Shown here piece after piece: positions 40,624 through 50,374 of a stretch of 64,000 bases of DNA. Position 1 is the stretch's first letter. Each line of letters opens with the position of its first letter. The position numbers and the translations under genes are program-made. Source of the stretch: Meiothermus sp. (GTDB lineage Bacteria > Deinococcota > Deinococci > Deinococcales > Thermaceae); assembly GCA_033762915.1 (NCBI GenBank), contig JANRLD010000013.1, positions 58,547 to 122,546 of the forward strand, given 5' to 3'. Under the pieces are notes generated by a model. It ran no database searches, was not told the DNA's origin, and saw nothing but the letters and a program-made list of their open reading frames with translations.

Positions 40624-42216
40624 GTGAGCCTATTGCTGCAGATGCACAATCTCTATTTCACCCACCCCGGCCAGACCGGGCCGCTGATCGTGGGGGCGGA
40701 CTGGGCGCTGGCCGAGGGGCAGAGGGTGGGTCTGCTGGGCTACAACGGCAGCGGGAAGAGCACGCTGCTGGGGCTGGCGGAGGGCCGCCTCGAGCCCGAC
40801 TCCGGCCAGTTGGTGCGCGGCTACCGCAGCCTGTTTGTCCTGCGCCAGGAAGACCGCGCCGAGGGCGGGCTGAGCGCGGCGGAGTACCTTCTGGGGGCTG
40901 AGCCCGGCCTGCTGGGCCAGTACCAGCGGTTGCGGCAGATGGAGGCCGAGGGGACGCCCGAGCCGCTGGTCTACGCCGACCTGAGCCGGCAGTTCCTCGA
41001 GGCGGGCGGCTTCGAGCGGCTGGCCGCGGTCGAGCGCGTGGCGCTGGAGTTTGGCTTTGCGCCCGAGCTGCTGGGCCGCCCGGTGGACAGCTTTTCTGGC
41101 GGGGAGCGCAGGCTCCTCAAGCTGGCCTCGGCCTTCGTGCAGCGCTACGACCTCTACCTGCTGGACGAGCCGACCAACTACCTCGACCAGACCGCCAGCC
41201 GTCGCCTGGTCGGGGCCCTGCGGGCGGGCCGGCGGACCCTGGTGCTGGTCTCGCACGACCGCTGGTTCCTCGATCAGGTGGCAACCCACATCCTCGAGCT
41301 AGATCGCGGCAAGCTGCGGCTGTTCGGCGGCAACTACACCCGCTTTGCGGCGGACAAGGCCCGGGAGTACACCGAGGCCGTGCGCAAGAAGGAGAAGCTC
41401 GAGCGCGAGATCGCCCAGCTGCGCGAGATCGAGCGCTCCTACAAGGCCTGGGGCCGCGACCGCGAGGCCGACAAGTACCGCCCCAGCGAGGGCAAGAAGG
41501 ACAAGGGCTACATCGGGGCCAAGGCCGCCAAGCTGCAGGGCCGGGCGGTGCAGGCCAGGGAGCGGATGGGGGAGCGGATCGAGCAGCTCGAGGCCGCCAA
41601 GCCCTGGGTGGAGAAGTTCTATATGGCGCGCTTTGCGGAGGTCGACAAACGCCAAGGCTGGGCCTTGGAGGCGCAAAACCTGGCCTACCGTTACGGCGAG
41701 CGTGTCCTCTTCCAGGGCCTCGGCTTCCGCCTCGAGTGGGGCCGCAAGACCCACCTGCGGGGCGAGAACGGCAGCGGTAAATCGACCCTGATCCGCATCT
41801 TGCTGGGCCAGCTCGAGCCACAGGCCGGCGAGGTGCGCTGGGGCAGGGGGGTGCGGCCGGGCTACCTGCCGCAGCAGGGCAGCGGCCTCGATGGGTCGCT
41901 CGAGGTGGCCCGGCTTTTCCCCGGGGAGCAGCACCCCGAGGCCCGCACCCTGATGGGGGCCTTCAAGGTCTCGGGCGATGCCTTTTTCCGCCCGCTCCAC
42001 CACCTCAGCGAGGGCCAGCAGCGCAAGGTCGCCCTGGTTCGCCTCATCCTGCAAAAGCCCAACCTGCTGATCCTCGACGAGCCCACCACCCACCTCGACT
42101 ACCAAAGCGTGGAGATGCTCGAGCAGATGCTCAGGGACTTCGGCGGGGCCGTGCTGTTCACTTCCCACGACCGCTATCTGAGCGAGCGGGTCGGGGATGC
42201 GGCGGTGGAGCTGTGA
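40624..42216 (+). CDS. ABC-F ATPase, probable ribosome-protection (ARE, Lsa-like) subfamily
   Basis: Two NBDs (GYNGSGKS/FSGGE/LLDEPTN; GENGSGKS/LSEGQ/ILDEPT), no TM helices; long linker with DKGYIGAKAAKL; RBS AAGGAG plus GTG 40624. Confidence 0.88.
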   Translation: MSLLLQMHNLYFTHPGQTGPLIVGADWALAEGQRVGLLGYNGSGKSTLLGLAEGRLEPDSGQLVRGYRSLFVLRQEDRAEGGLSAAEYLLGAEPGLLGQYQRLRQMEAEGTPEPLVYADLSRQFLEAGGFERLAAVERVALEFGFAPELLGRPVDSFSGGERRLLKLASAFVQRYDLYLLDEPTNYLDQTASRRLVGALRAGRRTLVLVSHDRWFLDQVATHILELDRGKLRLFGGNYTRFAADKAREYTEAVRKKEKLEREIAQLREIERSYKAWGRDREADKYRPSEGKKDKGYIGAKAAKLQGRAVQARERMGERIEQLEAAKPWVEKFYMARFAEVDKRQGWALEAQNLAYRYGERVLFQGLGFRLEWGRKTHLRGENGSGKSTLIRILLGQLEPQAGEVRWGRGVRPGYLPQQGSGLDGSLEVARLFPGEQHPEARTLMGAFKVSGDAFFRPLHHLSEGQQRKVALVRLILQKPNLLILDEPTTHLDYQSVEMLEQMLRDFGGAVLFTSHDRYLSERVGDAAVEL

Positions 42217-42234
42217 GGGGCGAGGGAAGGAGGG

Positions 42235-42774
42235 CTACTTGGCCCCGAGGTACTTGAAGTAGCGCTCCTGGGTGATGATCCCGTGGATGTCGCTGCCGTC
42301 GGCCACGAAGATAAACTTGTGCTGCTTGAAGAGCGAGCCCAGCTCGGAGGCCGCGATCTCGCCGCTGACTACCGGGGCGTCCTCCCAGGGCACCAGCGAG
42401 TCGGCGATGCCGATCACGCCCACCGGGTAGCCCGCCTCGAGCAGCACCGCGATGTTGCCCTCGAAGCTCTGCAGCGCGTTGATGACCGGGACCGCCCGGG
42501 CCAGCTTGCGGGCCGAGGTGGGGGCAAAGATGCCGGCCGAGAGCAGGGTGGTGGTGGTCACCTGCACCGCCCGCTTGGCAATCCACAGCGAGAGCGTGAA
42601 GACGATCACGAAGAGGAATCCCTCGAGCAGCCCGTAGAAGTTGGAGCTGAACCAGCTCAGCACGCCCTGCCCGCCCAGCACCCAGTGGACGACGCCCGAG
42701 ACCAATAGGCCCGCCACCAGCGCGGCCAGATAGGCGATCAGGCCCGCCAAACGTAAGTCACGCACGGTACGCAT
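42235..42774 (-). CDS. Membrane protein, two TM helices plus a degenerate CBS-like C-terminus
   Basis: Hydrophobic N-terminus; 'GYPVGVI' and 'FVAD...IHGIIT' CBS-like motifs; TAAACT-N7-ATG. Confidence 0.7.
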   Translation of the reverse strand: MRTVRDLRLAGLIAYLAALVAGLLVSGVVHWVLGGQGVLSWFSSNFYGLLEGFLFVIVFTLSLWIAKRAVQVTTTTLLSAGIFAPTSARKLARAVPVINALQSFEGNIAVLLEAGYPVGVIGIADSLVPWEDAPVVSGEIAASELGSLFKQHKFIFVADGSDIHGIITQERYFKYLGAK

Positions 42775-42794
42775 CCGGGCCAGTTTACCCTACC

Positions 42795-42897
42795 AGTTGC
42801 GCCAGGGTAGAAGTGCAGTATCAGCGGAAGCTGCAAATACGTGCCTGGCGCAATTCCCTGCGGGAGCTGGTAGGCGACATTTGGCATTCCAACTATG
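42795..42897 (+). repeat. Dispersed repeat family B, copy 4
   Basis: AGTTGCGCCAGG...CCTGGCGCAATT inverted repeat followed by CCCTGCGGGAG...CAACTATG. Confidence 0.75.
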
Positions 42898-42936
42898 CAG
42901 ACCCTACCCTGGGCCGTGGCGCGCGCCACCGCCCGG

Positions 42937-45444
42937 TCAGTCGGCTGCCTCGAGCCGGGCGTACTTGAGGGCCAGCTTCCGCACCCCGTCGCCGAACGCG
43001 ATGGTCGCCACGCCCGACTCCAGACCCACGACCAGGCCGGTCCCGAACTGAACATGCCGCACCTTCTGACCCACCCGCAGGCCCGCCGGCTTGGGCGGGG
43101 GCGTTGGGAGGACGTAGCGCTCGAGGTCGGCGAACTCGCCCTCCTGCCCGTCCCCCGGCTCCACGTCGAAGGCTTCCCAGACGCTCTTTTGCTCGGGCGT
43201 GAGGCCCAGGATTTCCGCCCAGCCCTGGGCCTGGGCAACGGCGAACAGCCGCAGCACCTTGGCGGCGACGGGCTGGGCCTGCTCGGACGCCCACCAGTTG
43301 TGCAGGTAGCGCCCCAGCCCCAGTTGCTCGATGCCCCGGGCCAGGGCCAGGGTCTGGGCGGTGGAGAGGTCCTGGGGCGCGAGGGCCAGTGCCTCGCCCA
43401 CCTTCTCGACTGCGCCCAGGGTTTGCAGGTACTCGGCGTCCCTCAGGAAGGGCGAGAGGCGGAGGCCCTCGAGGGCGTAGAGGTAGGTGTTCTTGGAGCT
43501 GCGGGTGAGGGCCACATAGAACAGCCGCCGCTCCTCCTCGACCGATTCGGAGCCGGCGTAGGGCAGGGTGCCCTCGTTGCAGTCGGGGATGAAGACCAGC
43601 GGCCACTCCAGGCCCTTGGCCCGGAAGATGGTCATGATCTGGACGCGCTCGCGGTCGTCGGCGGTCTCGACGAGGTGCTCTTGGGCAATGGAGCGGATGT
43701 GGGCCAGCAGCTCGGGCACGCTGCCCTTGTCGCGGGCGTAGTCCAGGAAGGCCTTCACCCCCTCGGCCTTGGCCGCGCCCGCCTCGTAGAAGCCGCTGGA
43801 GCGCATCAGGTGTTTGCGGTACTCCAGGCGGCTCTCGAGGGCCTCGAGCACCGCGAAGGCCGGGCTCTTATCGACCACCCCGCCCAGCCACTCCAGCACG
43901 TCCACCAGCTCCCCCAGCCGTTTCGCCACCCGCTCCTCGGCGCCCTGCCGGGCCCCCTTCAGGGCGGCCAGGAGCGAGCCCTGGCGCTGGGCCTGGCCGA
44001 GGACGGAGTCGGCCAGGGCGCGGCTTAGGTAGCGCTTGGGGGTGTTGTAGACCCGCAGCCAGTGGGCGCGTAGGTCTGGGTGCAAATCCCCCACCTGGGG
44101 CTCCGCCGCTTCGCGGGGCCCCCTTGTTTGGCGCAAGCGCTCAGGGGCCAGTTCGATCCCTTGTTCGGTCTTTGCCCCCCTGGTCCAGGGGGGTAGGGGG
44201 GATTGCCCTTGACCCTCGCAAAGCGCGAGCTCGAGGTAGCTCAGCAGCACCTGAATCTCGGGCCGCTCGTAGAAGGGCGAGCCGCCCACCACCCGGTAGG
44301 GAATCTGGCGCTCGATGAGGGTTTGCTCGAGGTAGGGGGTCTGGGCGTAGAGCCGCACCAGCACCACCATCTCCTCGGGTTTGTAGCCCTCCTGCAAGGC
44401 CCCCGCGATGTCCGAGGCGAGGCTCTGGGCCTGGGCGGGGGTGTGGGCCTCGAGGCGCAGGTGCACCCGGCCCCCAAAGCCCTTGGTGAGCGACAAGCCC
44501 TTGGGCTCGCGGTTCTTGTTCTGCACGATGATCCGCCCGGCCAGGACGACCTGGGGGGCCGGGCAGCGGAAGGTGTCGCGGATGAGGTATTTGGCGGCGC
44601 TGTAGCGGCGCTCGAACTCGAGGATGAACCGGGGACTGGCCCCGCGCCACTCGTAGATGGTCTGGTCGTCGTCGCCCACCGCCATATAGTTGCGGTGCGG
44701 CCGGGTGATCAGCTCGAGCATCTCCGACTGGGCCAGGTTAACGTCCTGGAACTCGTCGACCAGCACGCTCTGGAAGGCGCTCTGGGCGGTCTGCAGCAGC
44801 GCGGGGTGGCGCACCAGCAGCTCCCAGCCGGTCATCGGCATGTCGTCGAAGGTCAGGCCGCCCTCCTCGCGCCGCACCTCCTCGAAGATGCGGTACAGCT
44901 CCAGGTACCACTCGAGGTCTTTGGGCGCCGCGGCCTGGGTGGCGGCACTGCCTGCGGGAAGGTTCGCGGCCTCGAGGTCGGCGTATTGCAGGTTGCCTTT
45001 GGCCGCGCCGACGTAGCTGAGGAAGTCCTCCGAGTCCAGCGTTTCCAGCTCGTCGGCCCACCTCACCCGCAGCTCCCTGGCCCGCCTGAGGGCCCGCTGC
45101 AAGAGGCCGTACTCGGCCGACCCCTCGCGCTCCTCCTTGAGCTTCACCAAGCCCTCGCTGGCGGCCTTCCGCACGACGCGGAAGCCCAGGGCGTGCAGGG
45201 TCGAGACCTGGACGCTGGCGGTGTGCGGCCACCTCGAGAGCGACTTCTTGAGGTCGTCCACCGCCATCTTGCTGAAGGAGGTGGCCAGCACCTTGCGGGG
45301 GTCGAAGACCGAGTGGCGCACCAGGCGCTCGAGGCGGTGCACCAGCGCGGTGGTCTTGCCGGCCCCCGCCACCGCGAATACCAGCGCCGGGCCGCCGTCG
45401 TGGTCTACGATGGCTTGCTGCTCCTCGGTGAGTCGGACGGACAT
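42937..45444 (-). CDS. UvrD/PcrA/Rep-family SF1 DNA helicase
   Basis: AGAGKT, DEFQD, VGDDDQTIYEWRGA, KGLEW, EERRLFYVALTR and C-terminal Tudor-like V.H..FG.G.V. Confidence 0.95.
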   Translation of the reverse strand: MSVRLTEEQQAIVDHDGGPALVFAVAGAGKTTALVHRLERLVRHSVFDPRKVLATSFSKMAVDDLKKSLSRWPHTASVQVSTLHALGFRVVRKAASEGLVKLKEEREGSAEYGLLQRALRRARELRVRWADELETLDSEDFLSYVGAAKGNLQYADLEAANLPAGSAATQAAAPKDLEWYLELYRIFEEVRREEGGLTFDDMPMTGWELLVRHPALLQTAQSAFQSVLVDEFQDVNLAQSEMLELITRPHRNYMAVGDDDQTIYEWRGASPRFILEFERRYSAAKYLIRDTFRCPAPQVVLAGRIIVQNKNREPKGLSLTKGFGGRVHLRLEAHTPAQAQSLASDIAGALQEGYKPEEMVVLVRLYAQTPYLEQTLIERQIPYRVVGGSPFYERPEIQVLLSYLELALCEGQGQSPLPPWTRGAKTEQGIELAPERLRQTRGPREAAEPQVGDLHPDLRAHWLRVYNTPKRYLSRALADSVLGQAQRQGSLLAALKGARQGAEERVAKRLGELVDVLEWLGGVVDKSPAFAVLEALESRLEYRKHLMRSSGFYEAGAAKAEGVKAFLDYARDKGSVPELLAHIRSIAQEHLVETADDRERVQIMTIFRAKGLEWPLVFIPDCNEGTLPYAGSESVEEERRLFYVALTRSSKNTYLYALEGLRLSPFLRDAEYLQTLGAVEKVGEALALAPQDLSTAQTLALARGIEQLGLGRYLHNWWASEQAQPVAAKVLRLFAVAQAQGWAEILGLTPEQKSVWEAFDVEPGDGQEGEFADLERYVLPTPPPKPAGLRVGQKVRHVQFGTGLVVGLESGVATIAFGDGVRKLALKYARLEAAD

Positions 45445-45456
45445 CGGAGAGATAGT

Positions 45457-45465
45457 TTATCCACA
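45457..45465 (+). promoter_or_regulatory. Perfect DnaA box overlapping the helicase -10
   Basis: TTATCCACA overlaps the minus-strand TAAACT at 45459-45454. Confidence 0.45.
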
Positions 45466-45493
45466 AATCGCCGGGGCGCTGTTGCCAAAGGCG

Positions 45494-46456
45494 TTACATG
45501 TCGTACCAGGGCGGCGTACCCCGGTGCAGCTCGAGCCGCTCGCCCAGCACCTCGGCCCGGTCGGCCCGCTCAAGCGTGATCACCTGCGGGGGGCAGCTCG
45601 CCACGCAGGCCCCGCAGCCGGTGCAGGCCGAGACGTCGAGCTTGATGCTGTACTCGTTGCCGTCGTTCTCGCGCTCGACGGCCTTGGTGGGGCAGACGTT
45701 GGTGCAGACCGGGCACAGCGTGCAGCCCTCGGCGATGGCGATCTTGGGCCAGCTCAGGGGCTCGGCAGCGCGGCGGGCGGCCATGCGGCGCAGGCGCAGC
45801 TCGGCGGGGCGCTCGTCCCGGGCGTCGGGCTCGGGCTCGAGCATCGGCAGGTTGGGCACCACCTCCGCCGCTGAGCGCTTGGCCCCGCCCATCACGGCCC
45901 CGAAGAACTCGCGCCGCCCCACTGCCGCGCCGCGCAGCTCCTCCTGCTGGAGCCGGGCCTCGAGCGCCGGGAAAAACTTCCGTCCCTCGTCCACCGCCTG
46001 CTGCACCCGCTCCGGCATCTCCGGGCTGCCAATCTTGCAGCTCTGGCAGTCGCCGTGGGCCAGGGTGAGCGGGCCGAAGCGGCTGGCGGCCTCGGCCAGC
46101 ACGCCCGGCGTGAGCTGCCCCAGGCAGCGCACCTCGTCGCCGGAGCCCGGCACCTTGGAGCACCTGATCTGCCCCCTGCCCCGGATCAAACCTTCCTGGA
46201 TGGGGCCCAGGGGGAACTCGAGCGCGGCCCCCGGGCATACGGCGGTACAGAGGCCGCAGCTGGTGCACTTGGTGGCATCAATCTGGGCGGTGAAGTTGGA
46301 GAGGTCGACGGCCTGGTGCGGGCAGGCCGCCTGGCACAGGTCACAGCCCCCCACCGTGTTGCGCTCGAGCAAGCAGCGTTGCCCGGTGAAGCGCGGGGTG
46401 GGGTCGGTCAGTTTGAGGAAGGCCCCCATGAGGTTCTCGAGCAAACCCATAGCCAT
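45494..46456 (-). CDS. Multi-[4Fe-4S] ferredoxin-like protein
   Basis: Four CxxCxx(x)CP-type motifs (GCDLCQAACP, CTSCGLCTAVCP, CTLCPVCTNVCP, CTGCGACVASCP). Confidence 0.9.
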   Translation of the reverse strand: MAMGLLENLMGAFLKLTDPTPRFTGQRCLLERNTVGGCDLCQAACPHQAVDLSNFTAQIDATKCTSCGLCTAVCPGAALEFPLGPIQEGLIRGRGQIRCSKVPGSGDEVRCLGQLTPGVLAEAASRFGPLTLAHGDCQSCKIGSPEMPERVQQAVDEGRKFFPALEARLQQEELRGAAVGRREFFGAVMGGAKRSAAEVVPNLPMLEPEPDARDERPAELRLRRMAARRAAEPLSWPKIAIAEGCTLCPVCTNVCPTKAVERENDGNEYSIKLDVSACTGCGACVASCPPQVITLERADRAEVLGERLELHRGTPPWYDM

Positions 46457-46537
46457 AGCGTCGGGGCTGTGGCGGATGGCGTCAAGGGTCGGTGACGCAA
46501 TAGGGGGGAGGAGAGTCCAAGGCCAGGAAGGAGGAAG

Positions 46538-46745
46538 GCAAAGTCAAAGGCGATTTCCCCAACCCCCCCTGGATGTTCGCCGCCCGCCGGGTTTGGGTGT
46601 TTTCGGCCCTGATTGAGCGACCAAAGGGAGGCGCTTATGGCCCCGGCATGTCGAGCCGCGAGGCGCTAAAGGAGCCTCCTTTGGGCCGGTCGTGGCCCCA
46701 GGCCCGCCCGGTGGTAAAGCACCCAAGGGGGCTGGGGGATGGTTT
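46538..46745. repeat. Degenerate family-C-related palindromic element
   Basis: GCAAAGTCAAAGGCGATTTCCCCAACCCCCC matches the reverse complement of the right end of the 35277 MITE; closes with GGGGGCTGGGGGAT; inner CCAAAGGGAGGC/GCCTCCTTTGG. Confidence 0.55.
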
Positions 46746-46836
46746 CGACCTTCGACCTTCGACCCACCACCTGCAGCGTGGCTCTTCACCTCGCCACGGC
46801 CAGCACCCGACCCCCAGCGGGTAGTATGGACGGGTC

Positions 46837-49254
46837 ATGGCTTCACGTCTGGCTGTATTTCTCGTCCTGCTGCTGGCGCTGGCCTCTGCCCAGCAGCCCG
46901 AGCCCCCACCGCCGCAGGCCCCGACGACCCCCTCGAGCCGACCTCCCGAGGCCAGCACCGCGCAGGGAGGTCTGGTGGTGCAGAAGGGCGGCGACCTGGT
47001 GGCCGCCATCGCCAAGGCCCCGGCAGGCGCGACGCTGCGGATCGAGGCCGGGGTGTTTACCCTGACCAGGGGGCTGGTCGTGGACAAGCCGCTGACCCTG
47101 ATCGGGGCGGGGCGCGACCAGACCAGGGTGCGCGGCGACCTGGCGGATTTCGTGGTTTCGGTGAACACCTCCGGGCGGTTCAGCGCGACCGGGATCAGCT
47201 TCGAGCACTTCGGCAACAAGATCGCCAACGTGGTGGTGGTGGGCGGGGGGCAGGCGGTCTTCGAGCGGTGCCGATTCAGCGGGGCCAACTTCAACGTCGA
47301 GAGCGGCCAGGGCGGCGACGGCATCTGGGTGCGGGGGGGCGCGCGGGTCGTGCTCAACTCGAGCGAGTTTCTGGACAACCAGCTCCACGGCATCGACGTT
47401 TCCGAGACTGCCCAGGTGACGGCTACCGGCAACGTGGTGCGGGGCAACCGCGACGCGGGGATCGGCTTCTACGACGAGGCGCGGGGCCTGGTCAGCGGCA
47501 ACACCGTGGAGGCCAACAACGCCCACGGCATCTACGTCTCGGGGCAGAGCCGGCCGACCCTCGAGCGCAACCGCCTGCTGCGCAACCGCCTCTACGGCAT
47601 CTACGTCGAGGCCACCGCCAGCCCCACCTTGCGGGCCAACACCTTCTCGCGCAACCGCCGGGGCACCCTGCAGTTTTTGGGCCAGGCCTTCACCCCCAAC
47701 CCCCGCCCCGGGGCCGACCTGACCTCGATCCTGGCCCGGGCCCCCGAGGGCAGCACGGTTACGCTGGCGGCGGGTGAGTACCGGGTAGGGCGCGGGTTGC
47801 TGGTTTCTGGCACCGTCACCGTGCGCGGGCAGGGCCGTGCCCGGACCCTCATCACCGCCAGCACGGGCGACTATGTGTTGCGCTACGCCGGGCGGGGCAG
47901 GCTGCGCCTGCAGGGGTTGACGCTGGCCTACAACGGCACCGGGGCCTCGGACGTGGCGCAGGTCACGCGGGGTGAACTCGAGCTGTCCGACTGCGCGGTG
48001 CGCGGGGGCCGAACCCGGCCCCAGGAGCCCGAGCTGGGCGTGGGGGTGTTCGCCTCGGGGATGGGCAAGCTCACGGTGCGCGGCTGTCAGATCACCGGCA
48101 ACGCGCTGCGCGGCCTCGAGGCCGCCGACGACGCGCAGGTGAGCCTGGACAGCGTACGGGTGGAGGGCAACCAGAGTTCGGGGCTTTCCTTCTACGGCAA
48201 GAGCCTGGGCGCACTGCGCAGCGTGACGATCGCGGGCAACCGGCTGCACGGCCTCGAGCTCAGCGAGCAGACCCGCGTCAGCGCCGAGGGGCTGAGCGTC
48301 AGTGCCCAGACCGGCTGGGGCGTGATCCAGTTCGAGCAGGCCCAGCTCACCCTGCGCGGCTCGGCCATCGGCGGCAACGCCGCGGGCGGGCTGCGGGCGC
48401 TGGGGGGAGGCCGGATCGTGCTGGAGAACAGCCAGCTCCGCGACAACGCGCAGGGGGTGTTGCTGGGTGACTTCAGCGGCGACCCGCAGCAGCCCCTGAC
48501 CGGCAGCCTCAGCGGCAACACCCTCGAGGCCAACCGGGGCCTCGGGATGGAGTACCGTGGCTTTGTCGAGGTTAGCGCCCAAAACAATACCCTGCGCGAG
48601 AACCTGCTGGGCGGGATGCGCTTCGTGGGGAGTACCAGCGCCGAGGTGCGCGGCAACACCGTGGAACGCAACGGCGACACCGGCGTACTGATCGTCGGGG
48701 CGGCCCAGCCCGCCCTGATCGAGAACCAGATCCGCGAGCACCGCCGCTTCGGGGTGGCCCTGGAAACCTACTCCACCCCCGAGCTGACCGTCACCCCCGA
48801 GCTGCGCGGCAACACCGTCGAGCGCAATGGTCTCTACGGCATCCTGGTGGAGGCCGGCAATGCGCTGCTGGAGGCCAACCAGGTGCGCGGCAGCGCCCAG
48901 GTGGGCGTCGGGCTGTTCGGCGAGGGGGCCGTCGTCGCCCGCCAGAACACCGTGGAGGGCAACCAGACCCACGGCATCCTGGTCGACGACCGGGTGCGGG
49001 CGACCCTCGAGGACAACACCGTGCAGGGCAACGCGCTCTGCGGCATCCTGCTGCGCACCTTCAGCGAGAGCGCAGTGCGGGGCAACGTCATCCAGAACAA
49101 CGGCGCGTACGGTCTCGAGCTCCAGGACAAGGCCAAGGCCCAGCTCGAGGGCAACCAGATCGCCGGCAACGGGGTCGCTGCCGTCCGCATCGCCCGCCTG
49201 ACCGAGGCCCAGGTGGGGGAGAATCAGGTCAGCGGGCCGGTGGTGCGGGAGTAG
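46837..49254 (+). CDS. Secreted right-handed parallel beta-helix repeat protein (two tandem beta-helix units)
   Basis: Signal peptide; many 'N.V.GN...GI' repeats; duplicated 'DL...I(A)KAP.G.T..L.AG.Y' unit. Confidence 0.88.
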   Translation: MASRLAVFLVLLLALASAQQPEPPPPQAPTTPSSRPPEASTAQGGLVVQKGGDLVAAIAKAPAGATLRIEAGVFTLTRGLVVDKPLTLIGAGRDQTRVRGDLADFVVSVNTSGRFSATGISFEHFGNKIANVVVVGGGQAVFERCRFSGANFNVESGQGGDGIWVRGGARVVLNSSEFLDNQLHGIDVSETAQVTATGNVVRGNRDAGIGFYDEARGLVSGNTVEANNAHGIYVSGQSRPTLERNRLLRNRLYGIYVEATASPTLRANTFSRNRRGTLQFLGQAFTPNPRPGADLTSILARAPEGSTVTLAAGEYRVGRGLLVSGTVTVRGQGRARTLITASTGDYVLRYAGRGRLRLQGLTLAYNGTGASDVAQVTRGELELSDCAVRGGRTRPQEPELGVGVFASGMGKLTVRGCQITGNALRGLEAADDAQVSLDSVRVEGNQSSGLSFYGKSLGALRSVTIAGNRLHGLELSEQTRVSAEGLSVSAQTGWGVIQFEQAQLTLRGSAIGGNAAGGLRALGGGRIVLENSQLRDNAQGVLLGDFSGDPQQPLTGSLSGNTLEANRGLGMEYRGFVEVSAQNNTLRENLLGGMRFVGSTSAEVRGNTVERNGDTGVLIVGAAQPALIENQIREHRRFGVALETYSTPELTVTPELRGNTVERNGLYGILVEAGNALLEANQVRGSAQVGVGLFGEGAVVARQNTVEGNQTHGILVDDRVRATLEDNTVQGNALCGILLRTFSESAVRGNVIQNNGAYGLELQDKAKAQLEGNQIAGNGVAAVRIARLTEAQVGENQVSGPVVRE

Positions 49255-49347
49255 GGGAGCGGGGCGTGGGGTGGTGTTTCCTGCGCCCGGCCCCCCATCT
49301 TGCCTTCTGTCACACCTTTGTGACGCGGAACTCGGTACCCTTCAAAG

Positions 49348-50223
49348 GTGCCCAAGACCCCTCGCCTACTAAAGCGAGCCCGCCTCGCCGCCCTCCTCAC
49401 CTCGGCCCTGACCCTGGCCGGGTGTACGCCCGTGAACCTGGTTAACGCCTTCGTCCGCAGCGGCAACTTCTCCCTCGAGCGCGACTTGGCCTACGGCAGC
49501 CAGGAGCGCCAGAAGCTCGACGTCTACTTGCCCAAGGGGGCCCGCAACGCCCCGGTGCTGGTCTTCGTGCACGGCGGGAGCTGGTACAACGGCGACAAGT
49601 CGGACTACCCCTTCCTGGCCGACGCCTTCGTGGACAGCGGCTATGTCGCGGTGATCATCAACTACCGCGTGGCCCCCCGGGCCCAGTTCCCGGCCTTCGT
49701 GCAGGATGCTGCGCTGGCGGTGCGCTGGGTCAAGGACAACATCGCCAGGTACGGCGGCGACCCCGGCCGGGTCTACCTGATGGGCCAGTCGGCGGGGGCG
49801 CAGATCGCCGCGCTGGTGGCCCTCGACCCCACCTACCTGCGCGAGGTGGGCCTCGAGCGCTCGGCCCTGCGGGCCTTCGTGGGCCAGGCCGGCCCCTACG
49901 ACTTCCGGGCCTTCCTCGAGGAGGACCGCCCTACTCAGATCGCCATGGGGCCAAGGGAGCAGTGGCCCCGCACCCAGCCCATCAACTTTGTGGACGGCAA
50001 GGCCCCGCCGATGCTGCTGCAGCACGGCCTCAAGGACACCGTGGTGAACACCAACAACCCCGACTGGCTGGGCGGCCGCGTTCGCGCGGCGGGCGGAACG
50101 GCCGAGATCAAGTATTACCCCAACGTGGATCACCCCGGCATCATCGGCGCACTCAGCAGGGTCGCCCGCTTCCTCGACCCCCAGGTGCTGCCCGACCTGC
50201 TGGACTTCTTGAAGCGGCATTAA
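49348..50223 (+). CDS. Alpha/beta hydrolase (esterase/lipase) lipoprotein
   Basis: Lipobox LAGC; HGGSW, GQSAG nucleophile elbow, HG..D.VV, H. Confidence 0.9.
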   Translation: MPKTPRLLKRARLAALLTSALTLAGCTPVNLVNAFVRSGNFSLERDLAYGSQERQKLDVYLPKGARNAPVLVFVHGGSWYNGDKSDYPFLADAFVDSGYVAVIINYRVAPRAQFPAFVQDAALAVRWVKDNIARYGGDPGRVYLMGQSAGAQIAALVALDPTYLREVGLERSALRAFVGQAGPYDFRAFLEEDRPTQIAMGPREQWPRTQPINFVDGKAPPMLLQHGLKDTVVNTNNPDWLGGRVRAAGGTAEIKYYPNVDHPGIIGALSRVARFLDPQVLPDLLDFLKRH

Positions 50224-50350
50224 GGGATTCTGGGCACCCGGTTCGGGGCCGGTGGGGCGACGGGGTTGAACCCGGAAGCCGGTCGGCGCACTCCGCCTCA
50301 TGCCCACGCCCGGCCCGCCATTTGGGCGGGTACTCCCGTTCGTCCCCTGG

Positions 50351-50370
50351 ATTGATAGTGTATTATCAAT
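50351..50370. promoter_or_regulatory. Fur/Zur-type operator upstream of znuCB
   Basis: AT-rich palindrome ATTGATA-GTGTAT-TATCAAT overlapping a TATTAT -10 just before GTG 50375. Confidence 0.7.
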
Positions 50371-50374
50371 TTCT

